Shown: piece by piece, positions 19,276-28,837 of the stretch
How positions within the stretch are numbered: the first letter of the stretch is position 1
Layout: each line of letters starts with the position of its first letter
From: a virus
DNA: 64,000 nucleotides
Direction: 5' to 3' (one strand)
IMG/VR virus record: IMGVR_UViG_3300035113_000077
Span: 1 to 64,000 of that record
Program-made: the position numbers and the translations under genes
The notes under the pieces: model-generated
The model's input: only the letters and a program-made list of their open reading frames with translations
Databases searched by the model: none
Told to the model about the DNA's origin: nothing

Positions 19276-22059
19276 TCATTGTACCACCTTCGATATACTA
19301 TGGTGTTTCTCTATTTTAATTACTTTCTCGTTTGATAACTCTCCAAGCAATATAGGAGAGTGGGTAACTACGAATATTGATTCGAATCGTTTTTTCATTT
19401 CAGTCAATGACTTAGCAAAACGTCTTATGTTATGTGGTGATAATCCAGCTTCTGGCTCATCTAAAATCAATACATTCGTCTTAGGTGCAATTTCTTTCAA
19501 TGCAAAGCTAGTTATTAATCCAGCAATTGAAGCTTCACCATTTGATTGGTCAGTAGCTTTCTCTCCACCATGTAAATTGATTATCTTAGGAACTAAATCT
19601 CCCTCATCAGGTTTGAATTGAACTAGCACTTCTTTATCGCAAAACATATCTGAATAATGTTCACAAGCTTTATTTAGAATCGGAGCTACTTGTGCATTTA
19701 TAAATGCAGGTAATCCATCTTTGTTGAATGCTTCTTCACAGTATGTAATAAATCTAGAATCTTTTTCCAGTTGATTTTTGTATTCTTTGAATTCAATTAA
19801 CTCTTGCTTGCGTTTCTTATATCTTTTGAATATTTCTTTCTTAGAAGCTTTTCCTCTATCAATATTACTTTGAATTTCTTTCTTCATTAAAGTCAACAAT
19901 TCTAAAACTGAGTTAGCTTTATCTCTAGCACTAGCAAAGTCTAATTTAGCTTTATCTATTTCTCCTTCATATATGGCACATAAGTTATTGTATTCAGTTC
20001 GTTTACCATATAATATCTTTAGTTTACGTTTTATCTTAATAAATGAACGTTGACTTGTTTCTATCTTTTGTTTGAATTGCTTACTACTTATTTTGCTATG
20101 GCATGTAGGACATTCATTCTTGTCTACTAAGTTCTTATAGCGACTTAATAGTTGCTCTACATTCCACAAGCTCTTATTAACTATTTCAATCTGTGTTTCA
20201 TAAGATGTTACCATCTTAGCTGCATTATCATATTTCTTTTGATACTTACGATACTTATGATTTGATTTTCTCTCTAAAGCTTTCTTCTTTGAGTGTAGCT
20301 GTTTCCACTCATGCAATTGCTGTTTATAAGCACGTTGCATTTTTTCAATTTGCTTTTTATTATCTTTACTATATTCTTTTGTAAGTCTTTTATGTTCACT
20401 TAACTCTGACTCTAAAGAATCAATAGCTTTTTGATTTTGCTCTATAGTTGTTTCATGTCTTTGTTTATACTTCTTTACTAATACTAAAGCTCTTTCAAAG
20501 CGTTCCAAATTTTGGAACTTATAAAGAATAGAAATACGATCACTGCGGCTACCAGTAATAAAAGCACTAGCAATGGTGCGGTCAATATAAACAGAATTTG
20601 CAAGTGTATGCCACGAAAACCCAGATACAGATTCAATACGCGACTGAGTTCCTTCAGTGGATGATTTATTAATTCCCGAACTGTTGTCTTTCCCTTCAAC
20701 CAACAACTGAAGCCTATTAGGATGCCTACCACGTACAATAGTATAAACTTTACCATTCGATCTTAACCTCAATCTTGCTCTTGCTTTATTCTTAGTTTGT
20801 CGTCTTGCCCATCGATCGTATTTCTGTCCTTTAAATGTCCTCCCGTATAATGATACCGGAATTGATTGGACATAGTTTGACTTGCCACTTCCATTCGATT
20901 GGTTTGACCAATCTTTATTTGTGCCTTCAATAAGCACCAATCCTTGCTTCTTAAAAAGACATTTAATTTTCTTGAAACTAAGAAAATTTTCACCTTCAAA
21001 ATCAATGAACTCAATCTGTTGACTACCATGACGACGTAGGCCTTCTGATTCTTTTAACTTTGATACTAGAAATGATATGATTTTATCTTTCTGTTTTTCT
21101 AACTTATCAGTAATTGTTTCGTTTACATAAGCTTTAATCTTTTGCTCATCTGAATCATTGACATTAACTTTAGCTTCTCTTTTTTCTTCTTGAATGAAAT
21201 TAGGAACTATTTTTATTATTGCTCCCGGATATTCACGCTCTGATAGTAATTGTGCTCTATCTAATATCTTTTTGTAATTTGAATCAGTATCTACATCAAC
21301 ATGAATTCTTACTCTAGCATTTTTCCAAGTCTTTGGTTTAATAAAGCCTGGCCAACTAGGATCATAATAACCAGGTAATGGGCTATCTATACTTTTTACT
21401 TCTGATCCTAATACTAATAAAAATCGTTTCTTCTGATTTACTTCGCCGTAGTCCATTGCAAAAGGGCTACCTACATAATGTTCTTGAGGTAAGTGAATGT
21501 GTCCACCAATAACTGCTAAATACTTCTCTGGATATAATTCGCTAAGTCTTAATCTGCTATTAGATAATGTTCCTAGCTGATTATACTTACAATCTTTTAT
21601 ATCAGCATGAAATAAAAGAATATCTTTATATTTATCCCATTCTAATTCAGATAATAGCTTTGCTCTTTTTCTTAGTTCTCTATTACTAGTTGTGAATGGC
21701 AACATTCCTATCTTGCCATTGGTTAGCTCACAAACACCTGGGCTATCAAATGTTTCAGCACCAGCTTTTCTTAGAATAGATAACCAATTTCTTTTATCAG
21801 TATACAAGCTAGATCTATCATGATTTCCTAATAATACAATTACTCTAATATTTTGGTTAGAAGCTTTACTTATAGAGCGAAACCAAAACTTTGTAACATC
21901 TAAATCAACTGGGTTATACTGAGATTTTAGGTCTCCAGCTACAACTATAGCTTCTAAAGAATTCTTTTTAGCAATACTTAATATATATTTCCAGCATTTT
22001 TTACTTCTATCAATGTTTTCATAACAAACTTGCCAATCGCTAGTTATAATTATACGCAT
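19276..22059 (-). CDS. SbcD-SbcC (Mre11-Rad50) fusion nuclease/ATPase
   Basis: Metallophosphoesterase motifs SDWQ, AGDL, LGNHD, GGHIH; Walker A SNGSGKS; CPTC zinc hook; SNGE signature; ILDEP; VTHS. Confidence 0.9.
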   Translation of the reverse strand: MRIIITSDWQVCYENIDRSKKCWKYILSIAKKNSLEAIVVAGDLKSQYNPVDLDVTKFWFRSISKASNQNIRVIVLLGNHDRSSLYTDKRNWLSILRKAGAETFDSPGVCELTNGKIGMLPFTTSNRELRKRAKLLSELEWDKYKDILLFHADIKDCKYNQLGTLSNSRLRLSELYPEKYLAVIGGHIHLPQEHYVGSPFAMDYGEVNQKKRFLLVLGSEVKSIDSPLPGYYDPSWPGFIKPKTWKNARVRIHVDVDTDSNYKKILDRAQLLSEREYPGAIIKIVPNFIQEEKREAKVNVNDSDEQKIKAYVNETITDKLEKQKDKIISFLVSKLKESEGLRRHGSQQIEFIDFEGENFLSFKKIKCLFKKQGLVLIEGTNKDWSNQSNGSGKSNYVQSIPVSLYGRTFKGQKYDRWARRQTKNKARARLRLRSNGKVYTIVRGRHPNRLQLLVEGKDNSSGINKSSTEGTQSRIESVSGFSWHTLANSVYIDRTIASAFITGSRSDRISILYKFQNLERFERALVLVKKYKQRHETTIEQNQKAIDSLESELSEHKRLTKEYSKDNKKQIEKMQRAYKQQLHEWKQLHSKKKALERKSNHKYRKYQKKYDNAAKMVTSYETQIEIVNKSLWNVEQLLSRYKNLVDKNECPTCHSKISSKQFKQKIETSQRSFIKIKRKLKILYGKRTEYNNLCAIYEGEIDKAKLDFASARDKANSVLELLTLMKKEIQSNIDRGKASKKEIFKRYKKRKQELIEFKEYKNQLEKDSRFITYCEEAFNKDGLPAFINAQVAPILNKACEHYSDMFCDKEVLVQFKPDEGDLVPKIINLHGGEKATDQSNGEASIAGLITSFALKEIAPKTNVLILDEPEAGLSPHNIRRFAKSLTEMKKRFESIFVVTHSPILLGELSNEKVIKIEKHHSISKVVQ

Positions 22060-22568
22060 TTCCAAACTCGATTCCGAATCACTGTTGAAACATGAGCTTG
22101 AGAAATGTTATATTTTTCAGCTAATTCAACCTGATTATATTTCCCAATCTTATAGTATTTTCTGATTTTTCTAACTATTTTATTTGTTAATTTAGCACTA
22201 GGATTATCCTCACCTTTTCTACTTCTTCCAATTTTAACTCCATTTAGTAAAGCATGTTCCATATTTTCTTGATTTGTTAGATATTCCAAATTTTTGTAAT
22301 GATTGTTTCCTTTATCTAAATCTTTATGATTTACTTGATGGTCGTCAGTAGGATAATCTCCAATAAATACTAGTGCAATTAAAGAATGAACTGATTTTCT
22401 ACATTTCTTCCCATCTTCATATAAAGTCAACCAACAATATCCTCTTCCATCCACCCAAGGAATTAATATTTTTCCATAATAACCCTTTATAAATCCTTCT
22501 TTACAGGCTTCATAATGTGGAAATCCTGGAATTGATTTCCATTTACTAGTTGTTTTATCTATTCTCAT
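22050..22568 (-). mobile_element. free-standing NUMOD4/HNH homing endonuclease
   Basis: WKSIPGFPHY, VHSLIA..FI, VNHKDLDKGNNHYKNLEY, KGE.NP.AKLT plus HTH. Confidence 0.85.
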
Positions 22569-22586
22569 GGTTACCAAGTAAAATGA

Positions 22587-22763
22587 TTACTCTAAGATGT
22601 CTTTCAATAGCCTTTCTAATTGCTTTAAACCAAAATCACCTGCAAGTACAATTGCTTCTAGTGAATATTTCTTGCATTGCTTTAATATAAACTCCCAAGC
22701 AGTAACACACTGGTCGTGATTCGAATACTCGGCCTGCCAGTCAGAGCTAATGAGAATTCTCAT
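22587..22763 (-). pseudogene. truncated duplicate of the SbcD N-terminus (58 codons)
   Basis: Translates MRILISSDWQAEYSNHDQCVTAWEFILKQCKKYSLEAIVLAGD FGLKQLERLLKDILE*; the first 43 aa align gap-free with the start of 19276-22059. Confidence 0.8.
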
Positions 22764-22979
22764 TTTGTAAGTTCTTTATATGCTCTATGAGCTTCTTCAA
22801 ATGTTGGATACCACAAACCAACTGTCTCTACTTTATGATTTGAATTTCCAATTGGAAGTTCATGTTTTCCAATTTCGTGATCTACTGGCCCTTGGCAACA
22901 ATAACAACCCAAATTCAAAGCATCTTTAATGTGATAAGTACATTGCACAAATTTCTTATTTCCATTTTCTTCCATAAAA

Positions 22980-23981
22980 TTATCTCGGGTGACTATTGAA
23001 AATTCGAGTCGCGTAAAAGCATGCTGCTCGAACTCTTGCTAAGATTGTACTGTTTTCTCCTGCTGCATCTGTAATCTTTTCTATGGCTTTAGCGATAGCT
23101 TCCGTTCTATCGTCCATTTCTTCCGAGTCAATAAGTACTGTTGATAACCACGCTGAAATTGTTCCACGAATTGCTCTTGCATCTTCTTTTGTAGCTTCAC
23201 CAAGATATTTTCTAGCTCCACTCCAATCTCCCTTGGTGATTGCACGTATAAGGTATCGTGGATTAAAAGTACTTGTGTATTCGACAACAGCTGCTTCTTC
23301 ATATGTTGCACCTGCTAGTTTATTCTCTATAGCTTTAACAACAAATCCAGCGCTAGTTACTCCATTTTCAATTAGTGCTTCACATAGCTTCAATGGAGAA
23401 CAATCTTCTTCTAATTCTTTTGCAAATTTCAATACTCTACGAATTAGTTTACGAATACCTTCTTCATTTAATTTTTCTAATCCAATTGATTTTACTCTTC
23501 TCCACATTGCTTTAACTACTAATTCAGGTTCACTAGTGCACAGTATCCAAATACAAGTCTTAGGTGATTCTTCTGTTTTCTTCAATAACATTTTCTGTGC
23601 ATGTTTAGATAGTCCTTGAAACTCATCCAAAATATAAACACGATATCTACTTCCATGTTTAGGATATAAATTTGAATCTGCAATGATATTCTGCATCTCT
23701 TCTTTACCAGTATCTTCGGATGCATTACTTTCAACAATATCAAAGCTTCTTTTTCTTCTATAACATTTCTTACAGGGGTTACCAAACTTATCTTGGTGCT
23801 CACATTGGAAAGACAGAGCCATTATTCTAGCAACTGTTGTCTTTCCTGACCCTGACTCTCCAGTAAATAGCCAAGCAGTTTGATTTCGTTTTTTAAGTAA
23901 ACCTCTAACTCTATGAATTAGCTTATCTTGTCCAACTAATTCTCTAAAAGTCTTTGGTCTAAAATCACGAGTAAGTTGCAT
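22980..23981 (-). CDS. DnaX (gamma/tau)-like clamp-loader AAA+ ATPase
   Basis: RPKTFRELVGQ, FTGESGSGKTT.ARI.A, Zn motif PCKKC, YILDE..L...AQ..LLK..EE. Confidence 0.85.
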   Translation of the reverse strand: MQLTRDFRPKTFRELVGQDKLIHRVRGLLKKRNQTAWLFTGESGSGKTTVARIMALSFQCEHQDKFGNPCKKCYRRKRSFDIVESNASEDTGKEEMQNIIADSNLYPKHGSRYRVYILDEFQGLSKHAQKMLLKKTEESPKTCIWILCTSEPELVVKAMWRRVKSIGLEKLNEEGIRKLIRRVLKFAKELEEDCSPLKLCEALIENGVTSAGFVVKAIENKLAGATYEEAAVVEYTSTFNPRYLIRAITKGDWSGARKYLGEATKEDARAIRGTISAWLSTVLIDSEEMDDRTEAIAKAIEKITDAAGENSTILARVRAACFYATRIFNSHPR

Positions 23982-24158
23982 CAGTATCCTCTAGCTTTAT
24001 CATATCTCCCAAAAATGTAAGATGCAATTCCAGTTATAGCAACAGTTGCTACTAATACCCATTTTGAGCTTTGACCATAAATCCACCAAGAGTTTCCTGC
24101 TATTACTCCCATGCTCATTAAACGCTGAATCCATTTCCATTTATTTTTATTCTTCATA

Positions 24159-24449
24159 CTACCACCCTTGTTGGCTTGATGCAGAAACTACTTCCGTATA
24201 GATTGATTCATAGAAACGACGCATACGATCAGCACGTTCACGAAGCATTGTTCCTAATTCTTTCTTTTGTTCTGATGTCATAGTTGATCCAATGCCAGTA
24301 ATTATAGAACTAACTTCTTTCCTAATCTCTGGCATGGGAGTATTTTCAACGTAAGCTGTATGAATTGTTCTTTCAAATTTATGAACTAAGCTTTCCAAGC
24401 TAGGTTTAGATTCTGTAGTTGCAACTTTTTCATCTTTAGGTTGTGCCAT
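24159..24449 (-). CDS. hypothetical protein
   Basis: ORF with AAGGAG RBS. Confidence 0.5.
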   Translation of the reverse strand: MAQPKDEKVATTESKPSLESLVHKFERTIHTAYVENTPMPEIRKEVSSIITGIGSTMTSEQKKELGTMLRERADRMRRFYESIYTEVVSASSQQGW

Positions 24450-25479
24450 ATTTCTCCTTCTTTGCTTCTTTTTTGATTTTGTCTACATCCATTACTTCCC
24501 ACTTGCCTTTGTGTGTTAAAATCTTTAGCCCACACTGATATCCTTCTTCACCAGTTTTATTCTTTATATTAGTTATGATTGTACGAATGCCATAAACTCT
24601 TCCATGCTTCTTTATTCTTCCACCAGATACTCTAGCAATTCTAGCTCTTACTGATGAATAATACTTTAAGGCTTTACCACCACTTGTGTATGTTGGGTTT
24701 CCAAACATCACTCCCGGAGCTGTTCTCTCTTGATTAATGAATATTCCAATTACGTTATAGTTCTTAAAAAATGAAACCCACCTCCTACATAACTTAGATA
24801 AGAATGTAGCAAGTGAAACATTTGTTCTCATGTTCTGATTATCTAAATCACCTTCCATTTCTTCTTCAGTTAGTAGCCCAGTTACTGAATCCATAATCAA
24901 AACAAATATAGCTTTTGGGTCTTGTTTACTTTTATACTTAATCCATTTTTCTATTTTCTTACAAACTTGCTGAGCTGTCTCTTGAAACTCTTCAGCTTTC
25001 TCTAATACCTTTTTATATGTTTCATAGAATTTAGCTTTAGCTTCTGCCGTTCTAGCTTCATCCATTTTCTGCTGAAGTTTCTTTAATCGTTTAATTGCTT
25101 TAGCACTAGCAGCAATCTTTGCTCTGAATAAATAAAATCTATCCATATCAACTTGCATAGTTTTATTAAATTCAGCATTATCAGAACCTTCTAAATCACC
25201 TTTTGCAACATATACATGCCGATTTTGGCTTTGACCAATTGCTCCAATGATTGTAGCTACTGTTGTTTTACCACTAGATTCTGGCCCCCATAGTTCAATC
25301 ATTGACCCAACACGAACACCATACTTACTATTTCCCAAAGCACCATTAAAATTCTTATCACCTAGATCAATATAATTATAAGTAGAAGCTGATCTTTCAA
25401 AAGTAGTGTAGCCCATTTTGGCTTCAATCAGTGCTACTTCCTCTTCAGGTGATAATTTATTGTTTTTTATTTTTCCCAT
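24436..25479 (-). CDS. RecA/UvsX-like recombinase
   Basis: IELWGPESSGKTT, DSV..L, IFINQ.R, GVMFGNP...GGKALKYYSSVR, KNK. Confidence 0.9.
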   Translation of the reverse strand: MGKIKNNKLSPEEEVALIEAKMGYTTFERSASTYNYIDLGDKNFNGALGNSKYGVRVGSMIELWGPESSGKTTVATIIGAIGQSQNRHVYVAKGDLEGSDNAEFNKTMQVDMDRFYLFRAKIAASAKAIKRLKKLQQKMDEARTAEAKAKFYETYKKVLEKAEEFQETAQQVCKKIEKWIKYKSKQDPKAIFVLIMDSVTGLLTEEEMEGDLDNQNMRTNVSLATFLSKLCRRWVSFFKNYNVIGIFINQERTAPGVMFGNPTYTSGGKALKYYSSVRARIARVSGGRIKKHGRVYGIRTIITNIKNKTGEEGYQCGLKILTHKGKWEVMDVDKIKKEAKKEKYGTT

Positions 25480-25599
25480 TTGATTTTATCGCTTCAATTA
25501 CTATTGTTTGATTCTGAGGATTGACAATTACTTTAACATCACTAACTATATCATAATTTTGAGGTAGTTTCTTTAGTTGCGTAAGCAATTGAATTAATG

Positions 25600-25947
25600 T
25601 CATACTTTATTCTCGGGGTCATACGCAATCCTAAATGTTTTTACACCATAGCCAATTAGTAAATACAATCTGTGGTTTCCATCCTTAGGCATCCACTTAC
25701 CATTTTCTAACTTTCTACACAATAGAGTTCCAATACTTTTTTTCTTCATAATTCTACTTGCATGAAGTTGAAGCCTAGGAATAAATATCTTATAGATAGG
25801 ATTATGTAACTCAATATCATCTACTGATATTTCTTTGAATCTTAATCTTTTTATTGCACCTAGAGCATCTAGTGTTCTATGCTGATGGTCAGTCCCGAAC
25901 TTCATGAGAAAAATATAAGGTACATCATCGTTCCATTTAATTTTCAT
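25600..25947 (-). CDS. ParB/Srx N-terminal-like domain protein
   Basis: IGTLLCR...W..KDGNHR...RIAYDP; paralog of 6580-6927. Confidence 0.55.
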   Translation of the reverse strand: MKIKWNDDVPYIFLMKFGTDHQHRTLDALGAIKRLRFKEISVDDIELHNPIYKIFIPRLQLHASRIMKKKSIGTLLCRKLENGKWMPKDGNHRLYLLIGYGVKTFRIAYDPENKV

Positions 25948-26096
25948 TTTTCTTTTCCAAAGTGTACGTTTTTGTATTTACTAATTGAACATCAGACTGA
26001 GTTTGAACTTCATGCACAGTTAATTTATATTTATTTAGTTCAGTTAAAAATACTTGAATCATTTCTTTCATTTACCAATTCTCCAATCTATAAATT

Positions 26097-26250
26097 AGAC
26101 AAAGTGTGTTATTACACTAAAAGGCCCACCTCAAACGAAGCACTGATTTAATCTTCGCCGATACGTTGTAGTCCATTATAAGTTGTACACCCTTATAATT
26201 GGCAACTGCCTACTCTTATCATGGCCACTTCTAAGCCCAGTACTTTGTCT
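26097..26250 (-). ncRNA. structured RNA mimicking 23S rRNA H43/H44 (uL11-binding GTPase-associated centre) with an internal insertion
   Basis: Terminal 8-bp helix AGACAAAG/CTTTGTCT enclosing GGCTTAGAAGTGGCCAT...TAAGAGT [insertion] GTGTAATAACACAC; compensatory changes relative to rRNA; intergenic. Confidence 0.75.
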
Positions 26251-26264
26251 TTTTGGTTTAGTTA

Positions 26265-27368
26265 CTATTTCTTTTTCTTGCCCTTTGCCTTAGCTTTTGC
26301 ACCTTTCTTAGGACCAGGCTTAGCCTTTCCTTTCTTTGGCTTATCATCTGAGCTTGAAGCAGCAGATGAAACAGCACTACTACTTGCAGAGCCACTAGCT
26401 GAACCACTTGCACTTCCAGATCCAGAACTCTTCTTGCTGGAACTAGATGCACTACCAGAACCACTCGATGAAGCTGAGCCACTAGCACTACCACTTCCGC
26501 TGCCGGAGCCTGAACTCTTTGCACTTCCAGAGCTTGCTGCCGATGAACTAGCAGAGCCACTTGCAGACGATGAGGCACTACCACTAGCTGCCGAGCTACT
26601 AGCTGCGGTGGATGAAGCGGTTGAACTAGTTGCTGCTTTCTTCTTAGCTTTCTTCTTTGCTGCCATACTAGAATCTCCATTCGATGAATTATTTGAACTA
26701 CTTGCACTTCCACTAGAACTTGCTGAATCACTCTTACCAGAATAAGCTTGCTTCTGCCTATTCTCATCATACTTAGGAATTATTTCTTCAAATGTTCTCA
26801 TGGCTTTCAGTACCTTCTCCGGTACCTCCGACTTATCTGGAGATATCATTGGAGAGGAATATACTGTAGCCATTCCTTGACCCTCCCTGTTAATGATAAT
26901 GTTACGACCCTTCCTAGTATCTAAGGTATCGTATTTTGTGTTCTTCAGAGTCTTCATTATTCTCCAGGCAAGAGATTTCTTACCACCAAGGTTCATGGAG
27001 AATACTTCCGGGCCTCTGAGTTTCTTTCCATCTAGAACTGCAATCTGAACAGTGAAGACTTCTTTTGCCTTCATTGTATCAGCACGTTTCTGTTTGGATT
27101 TACTATCCGAAGCTTCATCCTTCGGAATCCTTACATCGCATAACCAACAGTGACCTTTTCCACTACTGTCTTTACCACAGGTGACAACTCTTTTATCTGG
27201 CCCTACATTTGTATGAATCTGATGTGTAAAATAAATGTATGGGTCTTTATCTTTCTTAGTTCGCTTAGTTGGAAGAACTCGAATTTCATTATCTTCTTCC
27301 TTAAGCTTATAGCTGCCTCCCTTTCGTGGTTTCTTTAGATCATCGTCTAATCTATCTTTCCAACCCAT
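26265..27368 (-). CDS. gp32-like single-stranded DNA-binding protein with a long Ser/Ala/Gly tail and Lys-rich ends
   Basis: IRVLP, H..C.....C.LC Zn site, GRNI.I.REG.G..T.Y; position between polymerase and RecA. Confidence 0.7.
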   Translation of the reverse strand: MGWKDRLDDDLKKPRKGGSYKLKEEDNEIRVLPTKRTKKDKDPYIYFTHQIHTNVGPDKRVVTCGKDSSGKGHCWLCDVRIPKDEASDSKSKQKRADTMKAKEVFTVQIAVLDGKKLRGPEVFSMNLGGKKSLAWRIMKTLKNTKYDTLDTRKGRNIIINREGQGMATVYSSPMISPDKSEVPEKVLKAMRTFEEIIPKYDENRQKQAYSGKSDSASSSGSASSSNNSSNGDSSMAAKKKAKKKAATSSTASSTAASSSAASGSASSSASGSASSSAASSGSAKSSGSGSGSGSASGSASSSGSGSASSSSKKSSGSGSASGSASGSASSSAVSSAASSSDDKPKKGKAKPGPKKGAKAKAKGKKKK

Positions 27369-27383
27369 TCTGATTCTCCTCTT

Positions 27384-27590
27384 TTAGTTCATCAAACGTT
27401 TGTCTAAACCTTCTTGCAACATCTTTTTATAGTGTTCCTCCTTGCGTTCAAAATAATGATCAATAATCATTAGCCCAAGTGATGCTAACTTAGTAGCAAT
27501 TTTATCTATAATAGAAAACAAAGTTGCAAATGAAAAGAACCACATAAATATAATACAGATTATGAGAGTTATAAATTGCCAGTTAATCAT
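27384..27590 (-). CDS. small membrane protein
   Basis: N-terminal hydrophobic helix. Confidence 0.45.
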   Translation of the reverse strand: MINWQFITLIICIIFMWFFSFATLFSIIDKIATKLASLGLMIIDHYFERKEEHYKKMLQEGLDKRLMN

Positions 27591-28122
27591 CGCTATTCTC
27601 CGAGCCAGTCATATGATTATATCTTCCTCTAATTTCTTGTGCTAACTTTTTAGCAATTTTCTTACCATCTTCCTTCTTCAACATTTTAACTAGTTTACCA
27701 CCCTCAGCCCAACGTGCATCTAAAACAACTTTCATTGCAAATTCACGCTTATCATAAGCTTTAAGCAGTAACTCTGAAAACTTCTCATAAACAAAAGACA
27801 TTTCCATTTCATGTCTAAGTTTTCTAATCTCTGGCTTAAGCTGCACCTTAGCCTTAACTGCACCTTCTGTTAAGGTTCGTTTTCCTTTTTCATCTTTCTT
27901 TTCTTGATACTTAGAACTATACTTTGATAGCTTATTTTCGTAAGCTAATTCTGCTTTAACTCTATCTCTCATCTTTTGAACACGAAATCTAGCTACTCGC
28001 AGAAAAAGCTTGGGATGATTTTGTGCAGCATGTTCTACTTCTTCTTGAGTAAAGTCTAAAGCTTCAATTAATTCTTTTAAATTAACTTTACGACTTAAAT
28101 ATTCGTCTACTTCAGGATTCAT
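27583..28122 (-). CDS. UvsY-like recombination mediator (helical)
   Basis: Helical protein with TE..VKA.V....I..L pattern; lies next to SSB and RecA. Confidence 0.45.
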   Translation of the reverse strand: MNPEVDEYLSRKVNLKELIEALDFTQEEVEHAAQNHPKLFLRVARFRVQKMRDRVKAELAYENKLSKYSSKYQEKKDEKGKRTLTEGAVKAKVQLKPEIRKLRHEMEMSFVYEKFSELLLKAYDKREFAMKVVLDARWAEGGKLVKMLKKEDGKKIAKKLAQEIRGRYNHMTGSENSDD

Positions 28123-28468
28123 ATTCTTTTACCAGTTTATATAATGCAAATCTTTGTTTTTCATTATAATCGTCGTCATCATCAATAATATTTTCTAATA
28201 CGTTAATACTAGAAGCATTAGCTTCAATCCCTCCAGAAAGTGTTCCATCTGGAAGAATCTTCTTTGCAATACACTCTGGTAATTTAATCTTCGGAGCTTT
28301 TATTAATGTACGTTCTTCTTCTAAGTTCTCAATTTTTTCATCTAATTCAGAAAGTCTACTATCAATTGCCGATACAAATTTATCTAAAGCTTGATTCAAC
28401 TCATTTATCTTATTAACTAATTCTGAAGTTTTATAAGACTTATTTGGATTTATTTTCTTAAATGACAT
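28112..28468 (-). CDS. hypothetical coiled-coil protein
   Basis: ATG after AAGGA; preceded by the CTGTATAAT motif. Confidence 0.5.
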   Translation of the reverse strand: MSFKKINPNKSYKTSELVNKINELNQALDKFVSAIDSRLSELDEKIENLEEERTLIKAPKIKLPECIAKKILPDGTLSGGIEANASSINVLENIIDDDDDYNEKQRFALYKLVKEYES

Positions 28469-28837
28469 AAATTTTTCCTTCAAATAATTATACAGGTAGT
28501 AGCTAATTAATTCTTCATTTGTTTTAACATCTGTTCTAATTCCTGGGATTCATCTTTTAAACGTTTTCTAAGTTTTATAAGTTTATCTATTTTATCTTCT
28601 TCAATTTTTTCATCATCCATAATTACACAAAATATAGAATACCAAACTTTGAGTATCTCAACTTTCTTTTCGTCTAAGGCCATATAAATGCTCCTAATAC
28701 TTGTTCACACCACTTATTGCAACCATCAGTTTGACACGACCAAATAATCATTTTCTTTCGTAAGACTTGTTGGTATCCAGTCTTAATCTCTTGTACTCTT
28801 TGTTTCATAGTATCACCATGTTCTGGACATTGTGGTT

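Noticed and set aside
22050-22640. Group I intron around the HNH gene
   Set aside because: No room for, or sign of, P/Q/R/S core elements, and the downstream gene has its own complete N-terminus.
26097-26250. A true rRNA gene or host contamination
   Set aside because: Similarity is limited to H43/H44, is split by an insertion and is closed by its own helix; flanks are phage genes.
26221-26770. ORFs 26221-26745 (+) and 26258-26770 (-)
   Set aside because: Shadow frames of the low-complexity Ser/Ala tail of the SSB gene; no independent evidence of translation.
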